A stretch of 39,738 nucleotides of DNA, taken from IMG/VR virus record IMGVR_UViG_3300050134_000089, positions 1 to 39,738 of that record; one strand, given 5' to 3'. The translations under genes were made by a program, and so were the position numbers. This document shows, in pieces, positions 15,691-23,679 of this stretch. Under the pieces are notes generated by a model. It was given only the letters and a program-made list of their open reading frames with translations. It searched no databases and was not told the origin of the DNA. Source of the stretch: a virus. Numbering within the stretch: position 1 is the stretch's first letter; each line of letters begins with the position of its first letter.

Positions 15691-16005
15691 TCAATCGTCT
15701 TTATTTACTTGCTTCATCTCTACATAACACTGATCATATATTTTTTTTATTCCAACTATAGATTTGCATAAATGTTGCATTTCTTCTTCTGTTTTTTGCG
15801 TAAAAGAACATAATGAAGCAATCAAGCAAGTTAGTGCCAAAGACATTTCAAAAACTGAAACTGATATGCCACTATTTTCACAAAAATCAATTATTTTTTG
15901 TGAATTTTCTTGTGCTTTTCTAAAATCTACTAAACTTTCTTCTTTATTTTTATCGTCCACATCATCCTCTATGTCCAAATCGGTTATTCCAGTCATTTCC
16001 CCCAC
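15691..16005 (-). CDS. Hypothetical acidic protein (104 aa)
   Basis: Track ORF. Overlaps the TerL 3' end by 44 nt. Confidence 0.4.
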   Translation of the reverse strand: MGEMTGITDLDIEDDVDDKNKEESLVDFRKAQENSQKIIDFCENSGISVSVFEMSLALTCLIASLCSFTQKTEEEMQHLCKSIVGIKKIYDQCYVEMKQVNKDD

Positions 16006-17242
16006 CTAGACGCTTTCCTTGATCATAAGGGTTATATATAGTAACCTTATGCGTATTAATTACATAGCGTAATGCATCAATGCAATGATCATCCTTCTTT
16101 AAAGGCTCATCCCATCCTTTTTCAGACGCTTTTGTATCCCAAACGTATGATTCTATCTCTCGTATTGTGTTCTTGCAACCTTCGCAAACGTAAAGCATTC
16201 CTCGCTTCATCTCAGATGTAAGTTTATAGATGCCTTCTTCAACGTCGTTATCTGCATCAATTGGTCTCATTCCAAGTTTACGCAGTTCGGCTTTGAATGA
16301 TGCTGCGCTTGGGTCAATATATAGGCTTTTAATATCATAGTCTTGAAGGAACTCTTGCACATCATTGGCAAGCTCTAGATTAGTTTTAGTTCTTTCGCGT
16401 TTTTTATGATCCCAGAAGTACTCTTTTTCTACCCACATTACTTTCCCCGTTTGAGTATTTTGGCCGGTAGATACACCAATAAGTAAACAGGCAAAAGGAT
16501 TACTAGCACCATAATCAATACCGGCAACCCAATAATCCGCAGACGCGGGGGGCCTCTTCTTAACATATATTTTGTGATCCCAAAAATCAAAGATAGCACC
16601 TTCAGCAAGACACCAAAGACCAAGATAATTGCGTTTATAAAAAATGCCCGAAGAAGAATCACGGATGCGGTCTTTATATTGCTGATCAACATAGGGAGTA
16701 TCATCTAATGTGAAGTGAAGTGAATAATAGTTTGGGTCACCTATCGCGGCCTTATCAATCCATTGCTTAATCTTATGCTTTGGATGTGATGGGTTCATAG
16801 CCGCGAATCCACGACTATATGGAAGCGATAAACGGCTATCAATCATGTCTATAATAGATTCCGGGTAGAGTGTCATTTCATCACAGTAAACTAAAGACAT
16901 AGTCAAGCCTTGAAAGTTACCAATGGCACCTTCGTCCTTGGCACCAAGAACCGTTATGATCTTATCTTTAAAATAAAGCTTTTTACCTGACCAAGAAAGA
17001 AACGGCCTAAAGATGGACATCTCTTCAGACTCTAGGAGAAGCCTAACGACATTTCTATAGGCCGAATCGAAAGTATGACCTACGATATAGATCTGAGAAT
17101 CGGGGCATTTGTAGACTGCATGCATGAAAGCAAAGACAGTGCAAACAGTTTTACCGCTTCTCACGCTACCATCAGCAAGATTCCATTTGGCTTTGCAATT
17201 AGAAATAAATTCTAGTTGCTTTGGTGCGAATGGGTCTGGCAT
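15962..17242 (-). CDS. terL: Terminase large subunit
   Basis: 426 aa. Walker A-like DGSVRSGKT near the N-terminus, acidic Walker B-like LVYCDE, and a C-terminal nuclease-like region with conserved D residues (GIDYG, DDHCIDALRY). Size fits the PBSX/Terminase_3-type TerL. Confidence 0.8.
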   Translation of the reverse strand: MPDPFAPKQLEFISNCKAKWNLADGSVRSGKTVCTVFAFMHAVYKCPDSQIYIVGHTFDSAYRNVVRLLLESEEMSIFRPFLSWSGKKLYFKDKIITVLGAKDEGAIGNFQGLTMSLVYCDEMTLYPESIIDMIDSRLSLPYSRGFAAMNPSHPKHKIKQWIDKAAIGDPNYYSLHFTLDDTPYVDQQYKDRIRDSSSGIFYKRNYLGLWCLAEGAIFDFWDHKIYVKKRPPASADYWVAGIDYGASNPFACLLIGVSTGQNTQTGKVMWVEKEYFWDHKKRERTKTNLELANDVQEFLQDYDIKSLYIDPSAASFKAELRKLGMRPIDADNDVEEGIYKLTSEMKRGMLYVCEGCKNTIREIESYVWDTKASEKGWDEPLKKDDHCIDALRYVINTHKVTIYNPYDQGKRLGGGNDWNNRFGHRG

Positions 17243-17412
17243 TAATCTTTGTTGATCTCTTGAAGATTTTTATAGATCATGTAGAATGAAATAATCAACG
17301 CTAGGAATAAGACGAATATGAGTGAGACTTTACAAAAACCCACAAAAAAAGAGCTTATAGATATGTTGGACGAGATGAATGCTAACATAGAAAGGCTGCC
17401 TCCATATGCGCT

Positions 17413-17934
17413 TCAATCATCCGTATCTAATTTAGATTTATCGGCATTGTTAATATTGCTCTCAGCTATCTTTCGAGCTGATTCAGACTGTAAATAATCA
17501 ACGAGTTGAGCCGCCTTATCAAGTTTTGCAATCTGATCAGGCTCGATGATTTGAGGTTTATCTTCCCATTCGCCTTTATGATGCCTTGCAAGCATCCAAC
17601 GGGCATGATACCCATCAATACCATTCTTAGACTTATCTAGAGGCATAGATGCAAGTCTTGCTTCTTGTAGCTGACGAGCTCTATTCATAAATTTTTTAAA
17701 TGCTGGATATCTTTTTTCCAAATCATCGACCATTGTTAAATCCACGTACGCTATTTCAGTAAAGAAATTGTTTTTCCAAATATTCATACGTGATTTAAAA
17801 AACCATTCAATGAGTTGAGTTCCCAAATGAATTGCCTCTTCCTCTGTCCAAGAAGAATCAGGCTTGCCTAGAATACCATATGGAGCTCCCTTCTGACTGC
17901 CGTTATAGGGCTTATGACCTTTAGGTGAAGTCAT
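17413..17934 (-). CDS. terS: Terminase small subunit
   Basis: 173 aa. ..FKKFMNRARQLQEARLASMPLDK....ARWMLARHHKGEWEDKP resembles the conserved C-terminal region of TerS families. Lies upstream of terL. Confidence 0.6.
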   Translation of the reverse strand: MTSPKGHKPYNGSQKGAPYGILGKPDSSWTEEEAIHLGTQLIEWFFKSRMNIWKNNFFTEIAYVDLTMVDDLEKRYPAFKKFMNRARQLQEARLASMPLDKSKNGIDGYHARWMLARHHKGEWEDKPQIIEPDQIAKLDKAAQLVDYLQSESARKIAESNINNADKSKLDTDD

Positions 17935-18130
17935 GGCGCACTCTAAGAGGTTGTTGATCTAAGGGTCTATTATGGAAAAGAACAATCTTGTTTTTTCTTA
18001 ATCTTCTCAAGATTGTATTGACATTGCATTTCATTATTTTTGCTATTTCAGAAGCATAATTTCCCATTTCATATAACCTTATGATTTCTGTTTCATCTAA
18101 ATCTAAAGGAAATCCTTTTGGAGCTGGCAT
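17921..18130 (-). CDS. Small HTH protein (terminase-associated DNA-binding candidate), 69 aa
   Basis: ..EIIRLYEMGNYASEIAKIMKCNVNTILRRLRK.. is a helix-turn-helix of the resolvase/sigma-r4 type. Overlaps the terS start by 14 nt. Confidence 0.5.
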   Translation of the reverse strand: MPAPKGFPLDLDETEIIRLYEMGNYASEIAKIMKCNVNTILRRLRKNKIVLFHNRPLDQQPLRVRHDFT

Positions 18131-18318
18131 TATGTCATATCCAATGTTATATTTACTTTAATAGAATCCGGCTTACCATTGAAGTTTGCGAGTACTTCCT
18201 CAATGCAGGACTTAATCACAGAGTCATTTTCCTCGATCACATATTCTTCATAAGACGTGAATTTCTTATTCAATCGCTTTTCATCATCTTTGATTGTGAC
18301 CGAAATCTCAGAAAACAT
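18130..18318 (-). CDS. Hypothetical small protein (62 aa)
   Basis: Track ORF, coupled to its neighbours. Confidence 0.45.
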   Translation of the reverse strand: MFSEISVTIKDDEKRLNKKFTSYEEYVIEENDSVIKSCIEEVLANFNGKPDSIKVNITLDMT

Positions 18319-18491
18319 TATTTCTTCTCATCTTCAATCAGTTTTACAATAGCGCTCAGAACGATATTTCTCTGTGCCTGATCTTCTACATTCTTTTCTA
18401 CGAATTGTACCAACTGATGCACACAACTTAAGATTGATACTAGATGGGCCAACGCTTCTTTGCCTAAAGCTACTTTTAAATCGGTTAACAT
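18318..18491 (-). CDS. Hypothetical micro-protein (57 aa)
   Basis: Hand-translated MLTDLKVALGKEALAHLVSILSCVHQLVQFVEKNVEDQAQRNIVLSAIVKLIEDEKK. TAATG coupling downstream. Overlaps the upstream stop. Confidence 0.4.
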   Translation of the reverse strand: MLTDLKVALGKEALAHLVSILSCVHQLVQFVEKNVEDQAQRNIVLSAIVKLIEDEKK

Positions 18492-18883
18492 GCTATTTCC
18501 TGCTTGAATATTTTTTTAACGTACATTGTTTTGTTTTTGTGAGCATCTAAAGCCGCCACATAAGGTCCCAATTCTCTAATATTAAAAAGATAGGCTAAAT
18601 TCGATCTCGTATATTTTATATATCCTTTGCGAATATGATAGTAAATCTTTTGTTTATCACATCCGGCTAATTCCGCTAAATCTTTAACTGAATAAATTCC
18701 TTTAGACTTATCGAATAAGTGAGGACTTCGTCGATAGCGAGTCTTACGAAATTCGTTATAATCATCCTCGTCAATAATCCAACGATTTTTTTCTTTTAAA
18801 GCCTTAAGTCGTCCTTTGTTAATCTGAAGAATAACAGCAGCCTTACTGATATTATATTTATTGGCTATTTCGATGGCTCTCAT
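18485..18883 (-). CDS. DNA-binding protein with two HTH (excisionase/MerR-like) repeats, 132 aa
   Basis: MRAIEIANKYNISKAAVILQINKGRL... and ..YSVKDLAELAGCDKQKIYYHIRKGYI.. are two similar HTH units. Confidence 0.5.
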   Translation of the reverse strand: MRAIEIANKYNISKAAVILQINKGRLKALKEKNRWIIDEDDYNEFRKTRYRRSPHLFDKSKGIYSVKDLAELAGCDKQKIYYHIRKGYIKYTRSNLAYLFNIRELGPYVAALDAHKNKTMYVKKIFKQEIAC

Positions 18884-18912
18884 ATTATTTTTTCTTTTTC
18901 TTCATGGCTTCA

Positions 18913-19137
18913 TCACATTTTTTGTCTCTTTTTATGTCGGCACTCAATAATGAATTCATCTTTTTGTCCATCGTCTTCTTGGCTGACTTGATCTTCTTGT
19001 CCATTTAATTGTTTCTCCAAATATTTAAAGAATTCCATTATCATATAAGCTTTTTCCCTAGAAGTAATGCAATCTAAACGCAGTTGAAATTCATCGTCAT
19101 CATTCACTCTTTCTAGTTTCATTTGTTCGATTTTCAT
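18913..19137 (-). CDS. Hypothetical small acidic protein (74 aa)
   Basis: Track ORF. Overlaps the upstream gene by 4 nt. Confidence 0.45.
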   Translation of the reverse strand: MKIEQMKLERVNDDDEFQLRLDCITSREKAYMIMEFFKYLEKQLNGQEDQVSQEDDGQKDEFIIECRHKKRQKM

Positions 19138-19340
19138 TCACCCTCATTGAATAATATATTTTTGAAAACTTCATCGTAGTCATCGGATATATTTTGGTAA
19201 ACCGAAATTTCTTTATTTATTTCTTTAAGATTTCCATTTCGCAAGATTAGAGCGAGCGATTCTTTTTCAAGAATGATTTGTTTCAATTTATCTGAAAAAT
19301 GCTGAACCTTGGCGATCATCTGATCATGTTGATCATTCAT
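19134..19340 (-). CDS. Hypothetical small protein (68 aa)
   Basis: Track ORF. Overlaps the RusA-like gene by 8 nt. Confidence 0.45.
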   Translation of the reverse strand: MNDQHDQMIAKVQHFSDKLKQIILEKESLALILRNGNLKEINKEISVYQNISDDYDEVFKNILFNEGE

Positions 19341-19710
19341 CTTTAAAGATCTCGATTCTTAGAGAATATTCTTTCGGTTTACCCTTTTCTTGATTATAGA
19401 TCCAATTAATTTCTTTCGAGTCATCTGCTCTACCCGGCTTTTTTCCTGGAATAATATATTCAGCTATAGCATCTACTATCCATTTCATTGAAGAAGGCAA
19501 ATTGTCATGAGCATCAAAGAAACGAGGCGCTATTCGGGTCAAATGGATATAGACAGGCAAGCCTATTATTGGTCTTTCTTGTAATAGATATGCTTTAACC
19601 ATTTTTTTTTGCCTCTGATGTCTTTTAGATTTGGACCAATAGCTTTCACTCGAATTTGCTTCACTTTTGATCCTCATTCGAGGAATTATCAGTTGATAAA
19701 CCAATTTCAT
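19333..19710 (-). CDS. rusA: RusA-like Holliday-junction resolvase
   Basis: 125 aa. ..IHLTRIAPRFFDAHDNLPSSMKWIVDAIAEYII....ADDSKEINWIY....YSLRIEI fits the RusA arrangement (D.(H/D)DN..K...D......DD..I). Confidence 0.55.
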   Translation of the reverse strand: MKLVYQLIIPRMRIKSEANSSESYWSKSKRHQRQKKMVKAYLLQERPIIGLPVYIHLTRIAPRFFDAHDNLPSSMKWIVDAIAEYIIPGKKPGRADDSKEINWIYNQEKGKPKEYSLRIEIFKDE

Positions 19711-19844
19711 AAAATCCTTATTGCCTTAAATCAAATAATTTCTTACAAGGTTAAACGACAATGCGCATAACATACCTTGTTAATGGTTGGGCTAGGCGCA
19801 AACGTGCGCTTAGCTCTTTTCAACTGGTGAGCAATACTTACTAG

Positions 19845-20036
19845 TTAGAAATATGTATATGAAAAATCATCCATAAATTTGTTGGCTTCATCTTCAGATT
19901 GACATTTATAAATATCAAAAGCCGATTTATGAGTTCTAGCTAAAACATAAACTCCATGCGACTTTTTATATGCTTCTATTGAAACAATATGTCTAGTATT
20001 TACATAGCCACCATGAATACATTTAATAAGCCTCAT
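19845..20036 (-). CDS. Small protein, family shared with the intron ORFs (63 aa)
   Basis: MRLIKCIHGGYVNTRHIVSIEAYKKSHGVYVLARTHKSAFDIYKCQSEDEANKFMDDF.. is a paralog of 20085..20291 and resembles the N-terminus of intron A ORF 8249..8572. Confidence 0.5.
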   Translation of the reverse strand: MRLIKCIHGGYVNTRHIVSIEAYKKSHGVYVLARTHKSAFDIYKCQSEDEANKFMDDFSYTYF

Positions 20037-20084
20037 ATCAATGTTTCCTTAATTCGTTATGTTAATCAATTATTACTAGTTCAT

Positions 20085-20291
20085 TTATCTAATTTCTAAA
20101 TAAATATTTTGCAAATAATTTTCTGCTTCCTCTTCATTTTTAGATCCGAATAAACAATATTGATCTTCATGAGTAGCTGCAAAAACTTTATAAATATCAT
20201 CAATTTCACATATGAAAAAGGTAATTACCTTATCTACATTTAAAATATTTCCCGCATATGTTTTAATAAATCTCATAAATCTCATATCCAT
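20085..20291 (-). CDS. Small protein, family shared with the intron ORFs (68 aa)
   Basis: ..RFIKTYAGNILNVDKVITFFICEIDDIYKVFAATHEDQYCLFGSKNEEEAENYLQNIY.. is a tandem paralog of 19845..20036. Confidence 0.5.
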   Translation of the reverse strand: MDMRFMRFIKTYAGNILNVDKVITFFICEIDDIYKVFAATHEDQYCLFGSKNEEEAENYLQNIYLEIR

Positions 20292-21225
20292 GTTTCCTTA
20301 ATTCATTTTTAAACTGATCCATAAATCCCGGTTCATCGTATTTAATCACACGAATACCTTTTTCGCCACCCCAATAAAACTCTACGGAATTATTTAATGC
20401 AGTGATCACAGTCTTCCCCATTCTCTTCGTATCATAGCGCATCGCATAGCACTTATTTGCAGCCTCAAGGTTAACTTTTTCGACAGGTATGGTAGGTTGA
20501 TGTTGGCAAGCCCATTTTATCGCAGCAGCGAGGCTGTTATTGATTTTGGTCGATGGATGCGTAGCCCATTTGATTGCATGCTCTATTTCTAGTGGCTTAT
20601 ATCGCCTACTAATCTCTTCCTTGTCTGATAACGGAATATCGATGTCTTTGAGGATAGGATAAACTTCATTGGATGGCTGCTTTTCTTGAGAAGTTTTAGA
20701 AAAAACAGCAGCCCTGTGTTGCTGTTGTTCTTTCGTATTACTATAATCCGTATTACTATATATAGCCGAATTTTCCCCAGGCACTTCCCTAGAAACCACG
20801 GGTTCTGAGTTTACCGTATCCGTCTTATCCGTATCCGTGTTTTCCCGATTCGGTAAACATTTTTTGAAATCGGGTGATGCTTCATGTTCTCTTTTTCTTG
20901 AATCTATTTCTTCCTTGGAGTCTGAAATAATAAATTCTGCTACGAGGAGCCTACCTTTTTCATCTCTTGGTTGATACCGGTAAGCATATCCTTTCTCTAA
21001 ACATTCGTTAATTACAGAGTAAATAGCATCTTTTCCAAGATCAAGAGCTGAACGAAGTGCATCAATATGAAAAATCCAATCTTCGGTTTTAGTTAAACAA
21101 TATCCAATAAAGCCTTTAGCCTTTAAGCTCAGTTTAGGGTCTTCAAACATTGAATTGATAATCTGAGTAAATTTAAATCTTCTATCTTTTACGCCTCGGA
21201 TTGTGCACATTTTACTCCTCCCCAT
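20263..21225 (-). CDS. Replication initiator / replisome-organizer-like protein
   Basis: 320 aa. N-terminal winged-helix-like segment (FKFTQIINSMFEDPKLSLKAKGFIGYCLTK...DAIYSVINECLEKGYAYRY) typical of phage replication organizers, with a DnaD-like C-terminal helix region (AIKWATH...AAAIKWACQ). The true start may be an internal ATG. Confidence 0.5.
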   Translation of the reverse strand: MGRSKMCTIRGVKDRRFKFTQIINSMFEDPKLSLKAKGFIGYCLTKTEDWIFHIDALRSALDLGKDAIYSVINECLEKGYAYRYQPRDEKGRLLVAEFIISDSKEEIDSRKREHEASPDFKKCLPNRENTDTDKTDTVNSEPVVSREVPGENSAIYSNTDYSNTKEQQQHRAAVFSKTSQEKQPSNEVYPILKDIDIPLSDKEEISRRYKPLEIEHAIKWATHPSTKINNSLAAAIKWACQHQPTIPVEKVNLEAANKCYAMRYDTKRMGKTVITALNNSVEFYWGGEKGIRVIKYDEPGFMDQFKNELRKHGYEIYEIY

Positions 21226-21449
21226 ATGGTAAAATATGCTTTCGCAATTCTTTCTTGATTCTCTCTAGGTATTTCGGCTATTGGTATAATTTCAGCTTCA
21301 AAACATGTGTAATATCCAATATCTTCCATAGTTAATATTTCAGATTTGAGCATGTTTTTATTTATCATCACATAGGGATTTCCTCTATCTTCGGGAAATC
21401 TTTCAAAACTGGGTTCATTTTCAATCGTATCAGACATATTCTTCTCCAT
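21189..21449 (-). CDS. Hypothetical protein (86 aa) with a motif similar to the Rep N-terminus
   Basis: Track ORF. PYVMINKNMLKSEILTMEDIGYYTCF echoes FTQIINSMFEDPKLSLKAKGFIGYCL of the next gene. Overlaps it by 37 nt. Confidence 0.45.
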   Translation of the reverse strand: MEKNMSDTIENEPSFERFPEDRGNPYVMINKNMLKSEILTMEDIGYYTCFEAEIIPIAEIPRENQERIAKAYFTIWGGVKCAQSEA

Positions 21450-21472
21450 TTTGGTTTGATTGGGAAAGAAAT

Positions 21473-21618
21473 GTTGACTACAAAAAATCAGAAGTGATAT
21501 GTTTAGATCGGAGTGTTAAGGTGAACTGTGTTTATGTTGTAGTTAGCACATTCATCACTTTCTGATTTTTTTGTAGTCCTCATTTTTGTAGTCAACGTTT
21601 TCATTGTCGTCAACGTTT
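21473..21618. repeat. Iteron/operator-like repeat field (TTTTTGTAGTC(AAC) units, direct and inverted; GTCAACGTTT x2)
   Basis: GTTGACTACAAAAAA at 21473..21487 is the inverse of TTTTTGTAGTCAAC at 21583..21596. TTTTTGTAGTC also occurs at 21568..21578. GTCAACGTTT occurs at 21591..21600 and 21609..21618. Arms 21476..21496 and 21556..21578 form a 21-23-bp imperfect inverted repeat. Confidence 0.7.
21474..21503 (+). promoter_or_regulatory. Candidate plus-strand promoter inside the minus-strand operon
   Basis: TTGACT (21474..21479), 18 nt, TATGTT (21498..21503). Points toward the terminator at 21621..21666. Confidence 0.3.
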
Positions 21619-21666
21619 CTAACCCGTTTATTGTGTTGATTCACTCTAAGCGGGTTTCCTTTTTTA
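21505..21666 (+). ncRNA. Hypothetical ~150-nt antisense RNA between the cro-like and rep genes
   Basis: Delimited by the candidate promoter (21474..21503) and the plus-oriented intrinsic terminator. No ORF inside (ATG TTG TAG only). Purely predicted. Confidence 0.25.
21621..21666 (+). terminator. Intrinsic terminator-like hairpin followed by a T-run (plus-strand orientation)
   Basis: AACCCGUUUAUUGUG-uugauu-CACUCUAAGCGGGUU (15-nt arms, 2 mismatches) followed by UCCUUUUUU. On the minus strand the same hairpin lies just after the cro-like stop but lacks a U-tract. Confidence 0.5.
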
Positions 21667-21668
21667 AT

Positions 21669-21899
21669 CTATAAATTTTTTTTGGCCTTGAATATTTCTT
21701 CAGCTTCCTGGAAGTCTTTGATGATTTCATCCTCTTTAAGCTCGCCATTCGTTGCCTGTTGAATGAGTAAAGCAACGCGTCTCGGACATTTCTTTCTACC
21801 GTTAATCAAAAAGCTAATATAATTGCCGCTATAGCCTATCATCTCACTGAACTTCACAATTGATATCTTGTTTTTGCACAAATATAATTTTAATTTCAT
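21669..21899 (-). CDS. Cro/YdaS-like HTH transcriptional regulator (76 aa)
   Basis: ..SIVKFSEMIGYSGNYISFLINGRKKCPRRVALLIQQATNGEL.. is an HTH followed by the ..P...a..ie..T.G.. pattern of Cro/YdaS-type proteins. First gene of the leftward operon, at a divergent promoter region. Confidence 0.6.
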   Translation of the reverse strand: MKLKLYLCKNKISIVKFSEMIGYSGNYISFLINGRKKCPRRVALLIQQATNGELKEDEIIKDFQEAEEIFKAKKNL

Positions 21900-21968
21900 T
21901 GATCACTCCTTATTTGGCGCTTATAGGATAGAGTTTTTACATATTTTTAAGCAAATGATTCTTTTTTG

Positions 21969-21997
21969 TTGTTTGTAAATTCATCGTTTGCTATATT
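21969..21997 (+). promoter_or_regulatory. Candidate rightward early promoter (extended -10)
   Basis: TTGTTT (21969..21974), 17 nt, TGcTATATT (-10 TATATT at 21992..21997), in the divergent region between the cro-like gene and the plus-strand early genes. Confidence 0.4.
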
Positions 21998-22092
21998 AAT
22001 CATCATAATGCAAGTCTCCCTGATGACTAGGTCACCAAGCCTAGCAGGTTGTAGTTAGCATTATAGGGATAGTCAAACAATAGGGGATTAGG

Positions 22093-22248
22093 ATGTTTGC
22101 AATATATTACTCAGCAGAAAGGGCGATAACGATTGGGGATATTCTCCCTTTTGGCCAAATTAAAGTAGTTGTGCTGAAAATTAAAGGACCTTTTTTTTGG
22201 AATGTAAATGGAAAATCAAGATACAAACTAGCAGTAAAAAAAATTTAA
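22093..22248 (+). CDS. Hypothetical micro-protein (51 aa)
   Basis: Hand-translated MFAIYYSAERAITIGDILPFGQIKVVVLKIKGPFFWNVNGKSRYKLAVKKI. A purine-rich box lies upstream. Confidence 0.35.
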   Translation: MFAIYYSAERAITIGDILPFGQIKVVVLKIKGPFFWNVNGKSRYKLAVKKI

Positions 22249-22263
22249 TTTAGGAGTAAATAC

Positions 22264-22443
22264 ATGGAACAGATCGGCACTTTGATTGATTTAGCTAATT
22301 CTCTTAGCACTCAATTAGGTGAGAGTGCTAATAAAGAAAAAGATCTCAGCATCGATATGCAACTTAGATTCGAGCAAATGTCTTGGGAGACTTTTAAGTT
22401 AGCTAATGAATTAAAAGAATTAATAAGATATTTACAAGGATAG
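22264..22443 (+). CDS. Hypothetical micro-protein (59 aa)
   Basis: AGGAG SD 7 nt upstream. MEQIGTLIDLANSLSTQLGESANKEKDLSIDMQLRFEQMSWETFKLANELKELIRYLQG. Confidence 0.45.
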   Translation: MEQIGTLIDLANSLSTQLGESANKEKDLSIDMQLRFEQMSWETFKLANELKELIRYLQG

Positions 22444-22445
22444 AT

Positions 22446-22775
22446 ATGTATAGAAAAGATGAATATTGGACCCCTTACGATGATTGGGTCACGGAAGATA
22501 TGAAAAATCAACGCATTCAAAAAGAGATGCAGAATTATAGACAAGAAGCCCTGAAAAAGTTCGCGTCAATCGTTCCGCATCCTAAATTTACTCTTGATAT
22601 TGCTTTGACCGTAATTTATGGATACCGAGAGAGTTTAAAGCAAGCCGAATCTATTATAGAAAAACTAAAACTAGATGAAATGGAAATTTTATCAATCGAG
22701 GAAAACTTTAAATCTTTCTCAGATATGTATACTAATATGGTCGCAAATCAATACGCAGAGGATAGAGCAATATGA
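22446..22775 (+). CDS. Hypothetical protein (109 aa)
   Basis: Track ORF, coupled (ATGA) to the annealase gene. Confidence 0.5.
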   Translation: MYRKDEYWTPYDDWVTEDMKNQRIQKEMQNYRQEALKKFASIVPHPKFTLDIALTVIYGYRESLKQAESIIEKLKLDEMEILSIEENFKSFSDMYTNMVANQYAEDRAI

Positions 22776-23518
22776 ATCAGTTAGCATTAGTGAAGGATAA
22801 TTCAATAGAGTATGCGGTTATTGAGCAAGTCGTCATAAACGGCGACCTGCAAAAGCTAAATCCTCAGCAAAGAGTTACGTATTACAATAGAGTATGTGAG
22901 ACAATGGGACTTAATCCATATACTAGACCGTTTGATTATATCGTGTTAAACGGAAAAATGACCCTATACGCTACTAAAAATTGTACTGAACAACTGAGAA
23001 AGTTAAATGGGGTCTCGATTGAAAAAATAGAGTCAAAAGTAATAGACGACCTATACATAGTCCAAGTATCAGCCAGAGATAAACATGGTAGATTAGATGC
23101 TTCTACTGGAGCTGTCACAATCGGACATCTCAAAGGCGATGCTAAAGCTAATGCTATCATGAAAGCTGAAACAAAAGCCAAAAGACGCGTAACTTTGAGT
23201 ATTTCTGGCCTTGGATGGATAGATGAAAGCGAAACCGATTCCATCCCTGGAGCTAAGAAAGTGGAAGTAGATATGAATACGGGAGAGCTTTTAACAGAAG
23301 GTTCAACGAATAAATACATAACCAAAGAGCAATGGTTAGAGCTAAATTCCTTAATTAAGGAATGCTCTCAAGAGTTTCAAGATAAAATATGGAAAAGACT
23401 TGAATCTCTCCAAGTTATAGAATTTTCTGATCTTGAAACTGATATTTTTATAAAGATTAAATCTGCTTGTCAAGGGCATGTGAATAAAAATAAGCAAACA
23501 AATGGGGAGAAACCATGA
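22772..23518 (+). CDS. RecT/Redbeta-superfamily single-strand annealing protein
   Basis: 248 aa. ..TMGLNPYTRPFDYIVLNGK.. parallels lambda Bet QYGLNPWTKEIYAF, and ..NAIMKAETKAKRRVTLSISGLGWIDESE parallels Bet ..MLRHKAMIQCARLAFGFAGIYDKDE. Lies upstream of a YqaJ-like exonuclease. Confidence 0.65.
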   Translation: MNQLALVKDNSIEYAVIEQVVINGDLQKLNPQQRVTYYNRVCETMGLNPYTRPFDYIVLNGKMTLYATKNCTEQLRKLNGVSIEKIESKVIDDLYIVQVSARDKHGRLDASTGAVTIGHLKGDAKANAIMKAETKAKRRVTLSISGLGWIDESETDSIPGAKKVEVDMNTGELLTEGSTNKYITKEQWLELNSLIKECSQEFQDKIWKRLESLQVIEFSDLETDIFIKIKSACQGHVNKNKQTNGEKP

Positions 23519-23679
23519 GTATTTATAAATGTATGGCCTGCGATAATTACGCTGATACCAATGATCACGGGTATAATATCATTGATGGAGTTCAAATATG
23601 TGACTATTGTGCAGTTAGAATGGAAGATGATACCGATTTAGTACCGATATCTAACGAATTGGTAGGAGAATCCATATGA
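23515..23679 (+). CDS. Zinc-ribbon micro-protein (54 aa)
   Basis: MSIYKCMACDNYADTNDHGYNIIDGVQICDYCAVRMEDD... has CxxC...CxxC. Coupled to both neighbours by ATGA overlaps. Confidence 0.5.
   Translation: MSIYKCMACDNYADTNDHGYNIIDGVQICDYCAVRMEDDTDLVPISNELVGESI

Noticed and set aside
17318-17497. 59-aa plus-strand ORF (MSETLQKPTKKELIDMLDEMNANIERLPPY...) in the terS-terL gap.
   Set aside because: Its second half overlaps the terS 3' end antisense and looks like shadow sequence. It has no SD and is not supported well enough to call.
19711-19844. Structured-looking 134-nt gap upstream of the RusA-like gene (hairpins CUAAGCGCA-cguu-UGCGCCUAG and ACAAGGU...ACCUUGU). I checked it for a tRNA or small RNA.
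   Set aside because: It has no tRNA cloverleaf and no T-loop consensus, no promoter/terminator pair, and no U-tract after the hairpins. The evidence is insufficient for any call.
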